Shown here in pieces: positions 10,201 through 17,910 of a DNA stretch of 64,000 nt. The position numbers and the translations under genes are program-made. The stretch comes from Oscillospiraceae bacterium (GTDB taxonomy: Bacteria > Bacillota > Clostridia > Oscillospirales > SIG627). Position 1 is the first letter of the stretch; every line of letters begins with the position of its first letter. Under the pieces are notes generated by a model. That model saw only the letters and a list, made by a program, of their open reading frames with translations, did not search any database and was not told where the DNA came from. The DNA is taken from positions 5,162 through 69,161 of the forward strand of contig SVTC01000003.1 in the NCBI GenBank assembly GCA_015063985.1, in the 5' to 3' direction.

Positions 10201-10551
10201 CTTGGCACGGACGGACAAAACGTAATCCTCCGTGGGGGAATGAAGACCGAGATAGGAAAGTCCCAGCGGAAACGCCATCTTTCTGAAGGCGCAACGGGGA
10301 AAATCGGCTCCCTCGAATTTAAGCGCCCAGGCATCCTCTTCTCCGGGAACAAGGCTTTCGTCAATGCGCTTGTACATCGTGGGGCAGCAATATTCGCACT
10401 TCCAGAAGTAGAAGTTATCCACCTCGCCGGTGAAAAATACTCGGTGCTCCTTTCCCGCTTCAAGATCGTAATCAAACTCAAACTCAAAGCTCTGAGAGGG
10501 CTTTATCTTTTGGTCATCCTCTTTGTAAAATATCTGTGTATACTTTTCCAT
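7300..10551 (-). CDS. Large cytoplasmic protein of unknown family (1083 aa); possible glycan-processing enzyme by context
   Basis: Long uninterrupted ORF. I prefer the start at MEKYTQIFY (ATG 10551-10549) because GGAGGAAGCT lies directly upstream. No signal peptide and no motif I can assign. It is divergent from the GH20 triplet. Confidence 0.6.
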   Translation of the reverse strand: MEKYTQIFYKEDDQKIKPSQSFEFEFDYDLEAGKEHRVFFTGEVDNFYFWKCEYCCPTMYKRIDESLVPGEEDAWALKFEGADFPRCAFRKMAFPLGLSYLGLHSPTEDYVLSVRAKADGLKVKEGGYARLRIEVRNKKSEDFYNNHTKYPADSIIDIDFPRGSYDWQEFSVKLNLPKETTANIIYSLETELTEGDIYFEHPALVTSDGFNIMPGFARDSAIYQYMFNWYGVNLSKSEWPKMGIEVNGTEVFSDIFFERCHRYSEKEITLPDGVMKKGKNSIRFTLLSDWFGALPYRLHEVGIVSEDKNSFDVVSFPEVAVCGEEFSLMLDIHKPCTLKVESSAAVVSSLVFESEGLAALRLVSNKLQNGLEIALSDGETTHNVKIGRVIRRFSDGVITGTGDLIYVEQTDHDTFNYIKWYMQNRVGNMLTIRPTYRWSGTRMLNKPMWKKFVKLMNSLGMKYSHMVDGREPSGYCAQPSLSELGEDTGEPSGFLGRQLHERDGAYCYWGAHDNNGDFWNMNKFYDTALYFDQFNRYRHADPEHAGSEFYPEDQFDDGKLMWLCHDPKLAADSAIQANAVINSLRTIAKDCTGATRHTGPSIFFKYFCQAGYSWIGAETMDSPTEFLMAALRGAAEAYNIPRVGVHHALQWSTQPHDEEGHYRRYRLALYVSWMQGAHENNTEEGLWRLEERYAFHNRHGIACRSHLDQQKDFYRWISTHSRRGRLAATVGVLHGRCDGAPCFGGCVWGNTAARFSRKFDAELSWRIPGHSFYPHSKWPATSGNADTKNGKIGLVSQNPRGSMNIIPVEEDFKDYPFLCFFGYNLAEKKDLERILEKVRKGAVLQLTLGHLSCTSLREKTEKYELDFFENELLDAIGYAGVPKIEQDDFNGNTVPVATNLSLYGLDIKERTQKGYPLMAEKKVGEGKIIIFNTLLYPANEAIKELYTESFERYSDEAFEAQDVKVKVGDDVQAVVYELEDGTKEAYLVAVDWWNDADKQRRARVCIGDDCYPVTLGLGVVKKLSVNGKVGILCQSEDCDVVTYEDGKAVLQGSSKQEFLLLKDNKITALEVDFDASPVVYQEI

Positions 10552-10678
10552 AGCTTCCTCCGCTTTTTTACTTACCCAAAGACTAACACAAACCACTGAA
10601 AAAGTCAAGTTATTCTTCGGATATTCTTGTATGATGTAATAAATTTTTTTAATAATATCACAAAGTATTTTTTTAATA

Positions 10679-10707
10679 TTGACACTAAAACCACTTTATG
10701 CTATTCT
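10679..10707 (+). promoter_or_regulatory. Candidate sigma-A promoter for GH20 copy 1
   Basis: TTGACA, 17-nt spacer, TATTCT, about 50 nt upstream of the start codon. Confidence 0.4.
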
Positions 10708-10759
10708 TGCCTCGGAAAAGATCCGTCCCGGGTCGTAAATTCTTTTACAGGAGAAAAAA

Positions 10760-12658
10760 ATGATAAAGCTTGATTTTGAAAATATTCACGAAAGCCTTAA
10801 GGCTCCCGCTCTGGAGGCATTGGAGCTTCTTGACATCGAGGAGGGCGAGCACGGTATACCCGTAATCGCAGAAAACAAGGGCGACGGGCTGGAAGTATAT
10901 TTTTCCAACAACGGCGCTCTTGTTATTGAATACAGCCGACTTTGCGAATTCTTCCGCGGGCTTTCCCACGTAAAGAAAATAGTTAACGACGGTATTCCCG
11001 TAAGGGAAAAGGCACACTTTGAGTGGCTGACCTATATGGCGGACGTTTCAAGAGGCGGAGTTCACAACGTAAAAAGCGTCAAGCTTTTGATAAAATATCT
11101 CGCTCTTATGGGATATAACGATCTTATGCTCTACACCGAGGATACCTATGAGCTGCCCAAATACCCATACTTCGGTCACCAGAGAGGAAAATATACCCTC
11201 GCCGAATTAAGAGAGCTTGTGGAATACGCAGAATTATTCGGTGTCACACTCTCGCCCTGCATCCAGACACTGGGTCATCTTTTCTCCGCTCTCAAGTGGC
11301 CCTGCTTTTCAAACATTAAGGACACTTCGGACGTGCTCTACGTGGGCAAAGAAGAGACCTATGAATTTCTCGACTATATGTTCGAGACCCTTTGCAGCGT
11401 ATTCAAGACCCGCCGCTTCAACATAGGTATGGACGAGGCACACTCTCTCGGCACAGGCGCAAGGCTTGAAAAGGAGGGACACGTAAGCCGCGGCAAGCTT
11501 ATGGAGATCCACCTGAAAAGAGTCGCCGAGCTTTGCAAAAAGCACGGTATCAAGCCTCTTATCTGGAGCGATATGTTCTTCAGACCCTACGCCGACGATA
11601 TCTACTATTCAAAGGACGTGGTAATTCCGCAAAGCGCCATAGACTCCGTTCCCGAGGGCTTTACCCCGGTCTACTGGGACTACTACAATTTCGACAGAGA
11701 CGAGGAATCCAAGGCCATATTTGACAATATGATGGCTCAGCATCTGCGCTTTAAAGGCCCCATCGGCTTTGCGGGCTGCACCTGGAGATATCTGGGCTTT
11801 GCCCCCAACAACGCCTTCAGCCTTATTTCAAGCAAATACCATGCGGATTCCTGCCTTGAGCACGGCATAAGGGATATTACCGTCACCTCCTGGAGCAACA
11901 ACGGCTGTGAGGCAAGTATGTTCTCCGCCTTCCCCGCAATGCTTCTCTATGCACAAAAGCTATATACCGGCTGCAGAGGCGAAACAGACGTTTCGGGTAT
12001 GCTCTACGACATTTTCGGAGTAAGTCTTGAGGATTTTATTCTTCTGGATCAGCCCAACAGAGTTCCCGATGCTCCCGGAATAGAGGTAAGCGCAGGCAGA
12101 AACCCCTGCAAATGGCTCTTATACAACGACTGTCTCTGCGGAAAAATGGACAGACACATCTCCACGGAATACGCTCCCTTCTACGCCGAGCTCAGTGAAA
12201 AGCTATATGCAAAAAAGGACTTAAAGCGCTTCGGCTACGTTTTTGAGACCCTGGGCGCTCTTTGTAAGGTCCTTGCTACGAAGGCAACACTGTCCGTAGA
12301 GCTTAGAAACGCCTACCTTTCGAAGGATCTTAAACGCCTAAAGGAGGTCTCGGATTCCATAACCCCGATGATAGAGGATCTGGACGTCTTTACGGAAGTC
12401 TACAGAAGACAATGGTTTAAAGAGAACAAGCTCTTCGGATACGAGTCCCCGGAAATGCGCTTCGGCGCCATAAGACAAAGAGCTCTGGGCACTCAAAAGA
12501 CCGTCGAGGCATACTTAAAGGGCGAGCTTGATTCCATCGAGCCGCTGGAGGAGGCGGTCTTATATTCCGATTGCAGACCCGACGACTCCCCCAGAAACAA
12601 GGTTGCAACAGTGGAAAACTACTTTGACTGTGTTCCCGTCACCTTTTCTCTGAGATAA
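10760..12658 (+). CDS. Glycoside hydrolase family 20 beta-N-acetylhexosaminidase-like protein, paralog 1
   Basis: FNIGMDEAH matches the GH20 catalytic (H/N)xGxDE signature within a TIM-barrel-like core. No signal peptide. RBS is ACAGGAGAAA. Confidence 0.75.
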   Translation: MIKLDFENIHESLKAPALEALELLDIEEGEHGIPVIAENKGDGLEVYFSNNGALVIEYSRLCEFFRGLSHVKKIVNDGIPVREKAHFEWLTYMADVSRGGVHNVKSVKLLIKYLALMGYNDLMLYTEDTYELPKYPYFGHQRGKYTLAELRELVEYAELFGVTLSPCIQTLGHLFSALKWPCFSNIKDTSDVLYVGKEETYEFLDYMFETLCSVFKTRRFNIGMDEAHSLGTGARLEKEGHVSRGKLMEIHLKRVAELCKKHGIKPLIWSDMFFRPYADDIYYSKDVVIPQSAIDSVPEGFTPVYWDYYNFDRDEESKAIFDNMMAQHLRFKGPIGFAGCTWRYLGFAPNNAFSLISSKYHADSCLEHGIRDITVTSWSNNGCEASMFSAFPAMLLYAQKLYTGCRGETDVSGMLYDIFGVSLEDFILLDQPNRVPDAPGIEVSAGRNPCKWLLYNDCLCGKMDRHISTEYAPFYAELSEKLYAKKDLKRFGYVFETLGALCKVLATKATLSVELRNAYLSKDLKRLKEVSDSITPMIEDLDVFTEVYRRQWFKENKLFGYESPEMRFGAIRQRALGTQKTVEAYLKGELDSIEPLEEAVLYSDCRPDDSPRNKVATVENYFDCVPVTFSLR

Positions 12659-12668
12659 AGCTTGCTTA

Positions 12669-12704
12669 AGCTATACCGGTTTTTCAACGGGTATAGCTTT
12701 TTTT
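12669..12704 (+). terminator. Intrinsic terminator after GH20 copy 1
   Basis: 9-bp stem agctatacc / ggtatagct, 12-nt loop, T7 run. Confidence 0.65.
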
Positions 12705-12705
12705 C

Positions 12706-12734
12706 TTGACATTGACATTGCTTTGGGATATACT
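12706..12734 (+). promoter_or_regulatory. Candidate sigma-A promoter for GH20 copies 2-3
   Basis: TTGACA (a duplicated TTGACATTGACA), 17-nt spacer, TATACT. Confidence 0.5.
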
Positions 12735-12767
12735 AAGCTCATCATCCCCACTACCACAGGAGGAAAT

Positions 12768-14663
12768 ATGATAAAGCTCGATCTGAAAAACCTCCCCGAA
12801 GATCTCAGATCCTCGGCCCAGGAAGCATTGGAGCTTCTTGACATCGAGGTGTGCGATAATGCCACCCCTCTTATAGCCAAAAGCTGCAGCGACGGCTTGG
12901 AGGTATATTTTGACAATGACGCCATAGTCATAAAATACAGCCATCTTTGCGAGTTTTTCCGCGGGCTTTACAAAATAAAAGCTCTTGTCAGAAACGGTAC
13001 TCCGGTTAAGGAAAAGGCTCATTTTGACTGGCTGAGCTATATGGCGGACGTTTCAAGAGGCGGAGTATTTAATTTAAAAACGGCAAAGCTTTTAATTAAG
13101 TACCTTGCTCTTATGGGATATAACGATCTTATGCTCTATATGGAGGACGTATACGAGCTTCCCAAATACCCCTACTTCGGTCACCACAGAGGAAGATACA
13201 CCCTCGATGAATTAAGAGAGCTGGTGGAATACGGCGAAAGATTCGGCGTGACCCTCACCCCCTGCATCCAGACTCTCGGACATCTGCGCTCCATGCTCCG
13301 TTGGCCCTGCTTTGCAAGCATCAGGGACACTGACGACGTGCTCTACGTCGGCAAGGATGAGACCTACGAATTTCTGGATTACGTATTCGAGACTCTTTGC
13401 AGTGTATTCAAGACCCGCCGCTTCAACATAGGTATGGACGAGGCACATTCCCTCGGAACAGGCGCAAGGCTTGAAAAGGAGGGCTTCGTTCCAAAGAGCG
13501 AGCTGATGAGGATCCACCTAAAAAGAATAGCCGAGCTTTGCAAAAAGCACGGCATCAAGCCGCTTATCTGGAGCGATATGTTCTTCAGGCCCCTCAATCC
13601 CGACAACGAGTATTACAGCGCAGATCTGCAGGTGCCCGATGAAGTTATAAACAGTGTACCCGAGGACTTCACATTGGTTTATTGGGAATACTATAACTGC
13701 GATATGACCGATGAATTAAAGGCCATATTCGACAATATGATGGCTCAGCATCTCAGATTCAACAACCCCACAGCCTATGCGGGCTGTACCTGGAGATGGG
13801 TGGGCTTTGCTCCGAAAAACGCCTTCAGTATGCTCACAAGCAATTATCACGTGAACGGCTGTCTTGACAACAATATCCGTGATATTACCATGACCTCCTG
13901 GAGCAACGACGGCAGTGAGTCAAGTCATTTCTCCGCGATTCCCGCGGTTATGCTTTATGCGGAAAAGCTTTATACCGGCTCAAGGGAAAGACTTGATATT
14001 TCCGATGCGCTTTTTGATATTTTCGGCTTGACCTTGGACGACTACCTGCTTTTGGACGAGCCCAACCGAGTTCCGGGCTCTCCTCCCACAAGGCTCTCAC
14101 AAGGTAAGAATCCCTGCAAGAATCTCTTTTATCAGGACTGTCTTTGCGGAAAAATGGATGCGCACTCCGATCCCTCCTACAAGGCTTTTTACGCAGAGCT
14201 CAGCAAAAAGCTGTATGCGAAAAAGGACGTAAAACGCTTCGGTTATCTTTTTGAGGTTCTGGGCGCCCTTTGCCAAGTACTCAAGACCAAGGCAACTCTA
14301 TCACTTGATCTGAGAAAGGCATATCTTGAAAACGACCGCCAAAGGCTTGACGAGCTTTGCTGGGAAATCGACACGATGATAGCCGACCTGGACGTATTCA
14401 CAGAGCTCTTCAGAAAGCAGTGGCTCAAGGAATACAAAATGTGGGGCTATGAAAATATAGAGATGCGCTTCGGCTCCGTAAAGGAACGAGCCATCGGCAC
14501 CAAAAAGACGGTGCGGGAATATCTCAACGGAGAGCTGGAGGCAATAGAGCCGCTGGAGGACGAGGTGCTCTACTTTGATTGCAGACCCGCAGACTCCGAA
14601 AAAAACAAGATAGCATCCATAGGACACTATCTGCAATGCACACCGATAAATTATTTACTTTGA
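12768..14663 (+). CDS. GH20 beta-N-acetylhexosaminidase-like protein, paralog 2
   Basis: Collinear with paralog 1 and has the same NIGMDEAH motif. The start is set at MIKLDL (ATG 12768) behind a CAGGAGGAAAT RBS rather than the track start at 12723. Confidence 0.75.
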   Translation: MIKLDLKNLPEDLRSSAQEALELLDIEVCDNATPLIAKSCSDGLEVYFDNDAIVIKYSHLCEFFRGLYKIKALVRNGTPVKEKAHFDWLSYMADVSRGGVFNLKTAKLLIKYLALMGYNDLMLYMEDVYELPKYPYFGHHRGRYTLDELRELVEYGERFGVTLTPCIQTLGHLRSMLRWPCFASIRDTDDVLYVGKDETYEFLDYVFETLCSVFKTRRFNIGMDEAHSLGTGARLEKEGFVPKSELMRIHLKRIAELCKKHGIKPLIWSDMFFRPLNPDNEYYSADLQVPDEVINSVPEDFTLVYWEYYNCDMTDELKAIFDNMMAQHLRFNNPTAYAGCTWRWVGFAPKNAFSMLTSNYHVNGCLDNNIRDITMTSWSNDGSESSHFSAIPAVMLYAEKLYTGSRERLDISDALFDIFGLTLDDYLLLDEPNRVPGSPPTRLSQGKNPCKNLFYQDCLCGKMDAHSDPSYKAFYAELSKKLYAKKDVKRFGYLFEVLGALCQVLKTKATLSLDLRKAYLENDRQRLDELCWEIDTMIADLDVFTELFRKQWLKEYKMWGYENIEMRFGSVKERAIGTKKTVREYLNGELEAIEPLEDEVLYFDCRPADSEKNKIASIGHYLQCTPINYLL

Positions 14664-14677
14664 TAAGGAGAGAAAAA

Positions 14678-16579
14678 ATGATAAAGCTTGATTTTGAAAA
14701 TCTTCCCGAAAGCCTTAAGGCACCCGCTCTGGAGGCATTGGAGCTTCTTGACATCGAGGAGGGGGAGCACGGCATACCGGTGATAGCGGAAAATAAAGGC
14801 GACGGCCTTGAGGTATATTTTTCCAACAACGGCGCTCTTGTTATTGAATACAGCCGTCTTTGCGAGTTTTTCCGCGGACTTTCCCACGTAAAGAAAATAG
14901 TTAACGACGGCATTCCCGTAAAGGAAAAGGCGAATTTTGAGTGGCTGACCTATATGGCTGACGTTTCAAGAAACGGAGTTATGAATCTCGATACGGCCAA
15001 GCTTATGATAAGATACCTTGCTCTTATGGGCTACAACGATCTTATGCTCTACACAGAGGATACCTACGAGCTTCCCAAATACCCTTATTTCGGTCACCAG
15101 AGAGGTAAATACACCTTGGAGGAGATCAAGGAGCTTATCAGCTACGGCGAAGACTTCGGCATAACCCTTTCTCCCTGCGTCCAGACTCTCGGTCATTTCC
15201 GTATGCCCCTTATCTGGCCCTGCTTTTCCGACATCAAGGACAGCTCCGAGGTGCTCTACGTTGGCAAGGAGGAGACCTACGAATTTCTGGATCATATGTT
15301 CGAGACCCTCTGCAGCGTATATAAGACCAGGCGCTTTAACATCGGAATGGACGAGGCGCATACCCTCGGAAAGGGCAGAAGGCTGGAAAAGGAGGGCTAC
15401 GTCAAGAAAAGCGAGCTGATGCAGATCCACCTCAAAAGAGTTGCCGAGCTCTGCAAAAAGCACGGCATCAAGCCACTTATCTGGAGCGATATGTTCTTCA
15501 GACCCCATACTCCCCACAACGGCTACTACAGTGCAGACGTAAGCGTGCCCGACGAGGTGATAAAGGGAGTCCCCGAGGACTTCACTCTGGTATACTGGGA
15601 TTATTACAACTGCGATATGAATCCCGATTCAAAATCCAAATTCGACCATATGATAAGCGAGCACAAGCGCTTCAACAATCCCATAGCCTTTGCAGGCGGA
15701 AGCTGGAAGTGGACGGGCTACGCTCCCAACAACGCCTTCAGCCTCAACTCAAGCAACTACCACGTAAACTCCTGCCTTGAAAACGGTATCAGAGACATCA
15801 CGGTCACCGCCTGGGGCGACGACGGCGCCGAGGCAAGCACCTTCAGCGCTCTGCCCGCAATGCTTCTCTATGCCGAAAAGCTATACAAGGGCGACACGTC
15901 AGATCACGATATATCCGATGCATTTTACGATATCTTCGGCGTGAAGCTGGAGGACTTTATGCTTCTCGATCTTCCCAACGCAGTTCCCGATTGCCCCGAG
16001 CTTAAATTCAACTGCAGCAAGAATCCTTCAAAATACCTTCTCTACAACGACTGTCTCTGCGGAAGGCTGGATGCTCACATCTCTTTCTCCTACAGAGCCT
16101 ACTACGCCGACACTGCAAGGCTGCTTGAAAAATACGTTGACCTTCCCCGTTTCGGTTACCTGTTCAAGACCCTGGCATCTCTTTGCAGGGTCCTCACAAA
16201 CAAAGCCACTCTATCGATAGATCTGAGAAGCGCATATCTTGAAAAGGACAATGCAAGGCTTAAGGCTCTGTGCGAAACCGTTGATACTCTTGTCAGCGAT
16301 ATAGACGCCTTTATAAACGATCTCAGAGAGCAGTGGTACAGCGAAAACAAGCTCTTTGGCTTCGAGACCCTTGAAATGCGACTCGGCTCCGTAAGACAGA
16401 GAGCCATCGGCGCAAGGATCACCGTTGAAAAGTATCTTAGCGGCAAGCTGAAAAAAATAGAGCCCCTCGAGGAGGCTGTGCTCTATTCGGATTGCAGAGA
16501 GGCCGACAGCGACAAGAGCAAGGTGTTATCCATTTCCATATACAACCAGTGCGTTCCCGTTACCTCACTTCAGGATTAA
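14678..16579 (+). CDS. GH20 beta-N-acetylhexosaminidase-like protein, paralog 3
   Basis: Collinear with paralogs 1 and 2. The start is set at MIKLDF (ATG 14678) behind an AAGGAGAGAAAAA RBS, 14 nt after the stop of paralog 2. Confidence 0.75.
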   Translation: MIKLDFENLPESLKAPALEALELLDIEEGEHGIPVIAENKGDGLEVYFSNNGALVIEYSRLCEFFRGLSHVKKIVNDGIPVKEKANFEWLTYMADVSRNGVMNLDTAKLMIRYLALMGYNDLMLYTEDTYELPKYPYFGHQRGKYTLEEIKELISYGEDFGITLSPCVQTLGHFRMPLIWPCFSDIKDSSEVLYVGKEETYEFLDHMFETLCSVYKTRRFNIGMDEAHTLGKGRRLEKEGYVKKSELMQIHLKRVAELCKKHGIKPLIWSDMFFRPHTPHNGYYSADVSVPDEVIKGVPEDFTLVYWDYYNCDMNPDSKSKFDHMISEHKRFNNPIAFAGGSWKWTGYAPNNAFSLNSSNYHVNSCLENGIRDITVTAWGDDGAEASTFSALPAMLLYAEKLYKGDTSDHDISDAFYDIFGVKLEDFMLLDLPNAVPDCPELKFNCSKNPSKYLLYNDCLCGRLDAHISFSYRAYYADTARLLEKYVDLPRFGYLFKTLASLCRVLTNKATLSIDLRSAYLEKDNARLKALCETVDTLVSDIDAFINDLREQWYSENKLFGFETLEMRLGSVRQRAIGARITVEKYLSGKLKKIEPLEEAVLYSDCREADSDKSKVLSISIYNQCVPVTSLQD

Positions 16580-16588
16580 GGGATATCA

Positions 16589-16622
16589 ATGCCCCGAGAG
16601 TATAGCCTCGGGGCATTATTTT
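16589..16622 (+). terminator. Intrinsic terminator after GH20 copy 3
   Basis: Stem atgccccgag / ctcggggcat followed by TATTTT. Confidence 0.7.
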
Positions 16623-16624
16623 GA

Positions 16625-16862
16625 GCATAACAAAAGCCGCAATGCCAAAAAGCATTGCGGCGATTTTTTTGACTCCCCCACCGAGCCGTGTGTCCAAGGA
16701 AGAGACCCTGCGCATGCAAGGGCGGTACCCGCTCTCTTGTTACAGTGCTCCCAACTTCCATCCGCAGAAAACAGACGGGAGGTCTGCAGCCACTTCGAGA
16801 ATAAGGGTTCCAATTAATCTTTGTGGGTCCACGCATCGGACTTCACGTGCTAAGCAGGTTAA
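16625..16862 (-). ncRNA. Candidate structured non-coding RNA or long structured 3'UTR (class unresolved; 6S-like closed rod is one possibility)
   Basis: GC-rich gap with no credible ORF or RBS. On the minus strand, the 5' arm (16825-16852) and 3' arm (16684-16708) pair as AGC/GCU, CGUG/CACG, GUCC/GGAC and GACCC/GGGUC, separated by internal loops. A terminator hairpin at 16636-16661 is followed by UUUUGUU. Confidence 0.4.
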
Positions 16863-16868
16863 AAAAGC

Positions 16869-17159
16869 TTATTCCTCGTCGTAATCGTACTCGCTCATAA
16901 GCTCGTTGTCGAAAGCATCGGCAACTCTGTCAAACTCATCGTCATCATCGATGGTGATAAGGATCTCATCATCATTTTCATCGATAACGGACTTGAGAAT
17001 GATGTACTCATCCTCGTCGCTCTCGGCGTCTACCAAAGCAAAATATGTGTTGCCGTCAAGCTCAAGGGTTCCGATAATATCAAAATTTTTCTCAACGCCA
17101 TCCTCATCGGTAAGGGTAACGCTTTCGGTCTCAAATTCAAATTCGTTGTTCTCAGCCAT
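16869..17159 (-). CDS. DUF1292 family small acidic protein
   Basis: 96 aa and very acidic. The central ...FDIIGTLELDGNTYFALVDAESDEDEYIILK... pattern is typical of DUF1292 (YrzB-like). RBS is AGGAGGAT. Confidence 0.7.
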   Translation of the reverse strand: MAENNEFEFETESVTLTDEDGVEKNFDIIGTLELDGNTYFALVDAESDEDEYIILKSVIDENDDEILITIDDDDEFDRVADAFDNELMSEYDYDEE

Positions 17160-17259
17160 TTTATAATCCTCCTAACTGTTTTTGTCTCACCGTATATATT
17201 CTACAATGAAAAAGGCTTTAAGTCAATAGTTTTTTTATCTTTTGTCCGCGCTAAGGATA

Positions 17260-17904
17260 TTATATGCCCGCCAAGGGATCCTTATGCTCCTTCCAGGAAA
17301 TAAAAAACTCATCGTGCTCGGTCTTTATTCCGCCAACCTCAATAAAGTAGTCAATTTCGATCCTACCGCCGTTTTTTCCCCTTTTGATCTTAAGATCCCT
17401 GGTGTAAACGGTGACCGGCAAGGGAGCCGTCGCCTTTGTCTGAAAAACGCACTGTATCCTTCGCTTTTTCTCAAAGACCAGATTCGTGGACACCTGCCCG
17501 GATCGGTTCATGGTGACCGTGCCCAGCGGAGAAAGATTTATCAAGGTCGCAGTGTCCCCCATTCCGGTGATATTGGTCTCGCCGTAGCTTAAAGAAATGC
17601 CGTCCTCGTCCTCCTTAAGGTACCCCACGGTGTAAAACTCCGTCTGCGGACTGAGCTGGTGAGCGGTGTCCAATATTCTTCCCACAAGCTCGCCTATGGT
17701 CCGTTCCTTTTCGTCGGAAAATTCATTCTCCGCCGCCTCATCACCCACGAGGCAGATCTCCAGGGGCTTTCCGTTTCCCTCGTTGAGCTTATTGAGAGAT
17801 TCAAATTCCTTGTCGCACTCTTTTCTCAGCGTGCTTTCCATAAGAGGGGTTCCGGGCATTGCAAAATGCTGCTTTCCTATAACGCTCAGATCTATCCTGG
17901 TCAT
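17260..17904 (-). CDS. DUF1934 (YwiB-like beta-barrel) domain protein
   Basis: The C-terminal part (ISLSYGETNITGMGDTATLINLSP...NRSGQVSTNLVFEKK...IEIDYFIEVGG) resembles DUF1934. It sits 6 nt downstream of murI. Confidence 0.45.
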   Translation of the reverse strand: MTRIDLSVIGKQHFAMPGTPLMESTLRKECDKEFESLNKLNEGNGKPLEICLVGDEAAENEFSDEKERTIGELVGRILDTAHQLSPQTEFYTVGYLKEDEDGISLSYGETNITGMGDTATLINLSPLGTVTMNRSGQVSTNLVFEKKRRIQCVFQTKATAPLPVTVYTRDLKIKRGKNGGRIEIDYFIEVGGIKTEHDEFFISWKEHKDPLAGI

Positions 17905-17910
17905 TTTCTC

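Noticed and set aside
7636-10599. Several + strand ORFs (341, 124, 231 and 216 aa) opposite the 1083-aa gene
   Set aside because: They are fragmented, RBS-less and collectively antisense to one uninterrupted 3.25-kb ORF that has its own RBS and terminator.
10745-14887. Three similar minus-strand ORFs (10745-11017, 12684-13022, 14651-14887) at the 5' ends of the GH20 paralogs
   Set aside because: Their mutual similarity is a by-product of the paralogous sense genes. They lie antisense, span the promoter/RBS regions and lack their own translation signals.
16625-16862. Identification of the candidate RNA as SRP RNA, tmRNA or RNase P RNA
   Set aside because: The near-invariant SRP helix-8 sequence (AGGUCCGGAAGGAAGCAGC) is absent. 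There is no tmRNA 5' GGGG.../3' CCACCA or tag ORF. The element is too short for RNase P and lacks GAGGAAAGUCC.
16576-16884. Small ORFs (86, 65 and 87 aa) in the gap after GH20 copy 3
   Set aside because: They have no RBS, overlap each other on both strands, and are Arg/Cys/Pro-rich as expected from random translation of GC-rich structured sequence. A non-coding interpretation is preferred.
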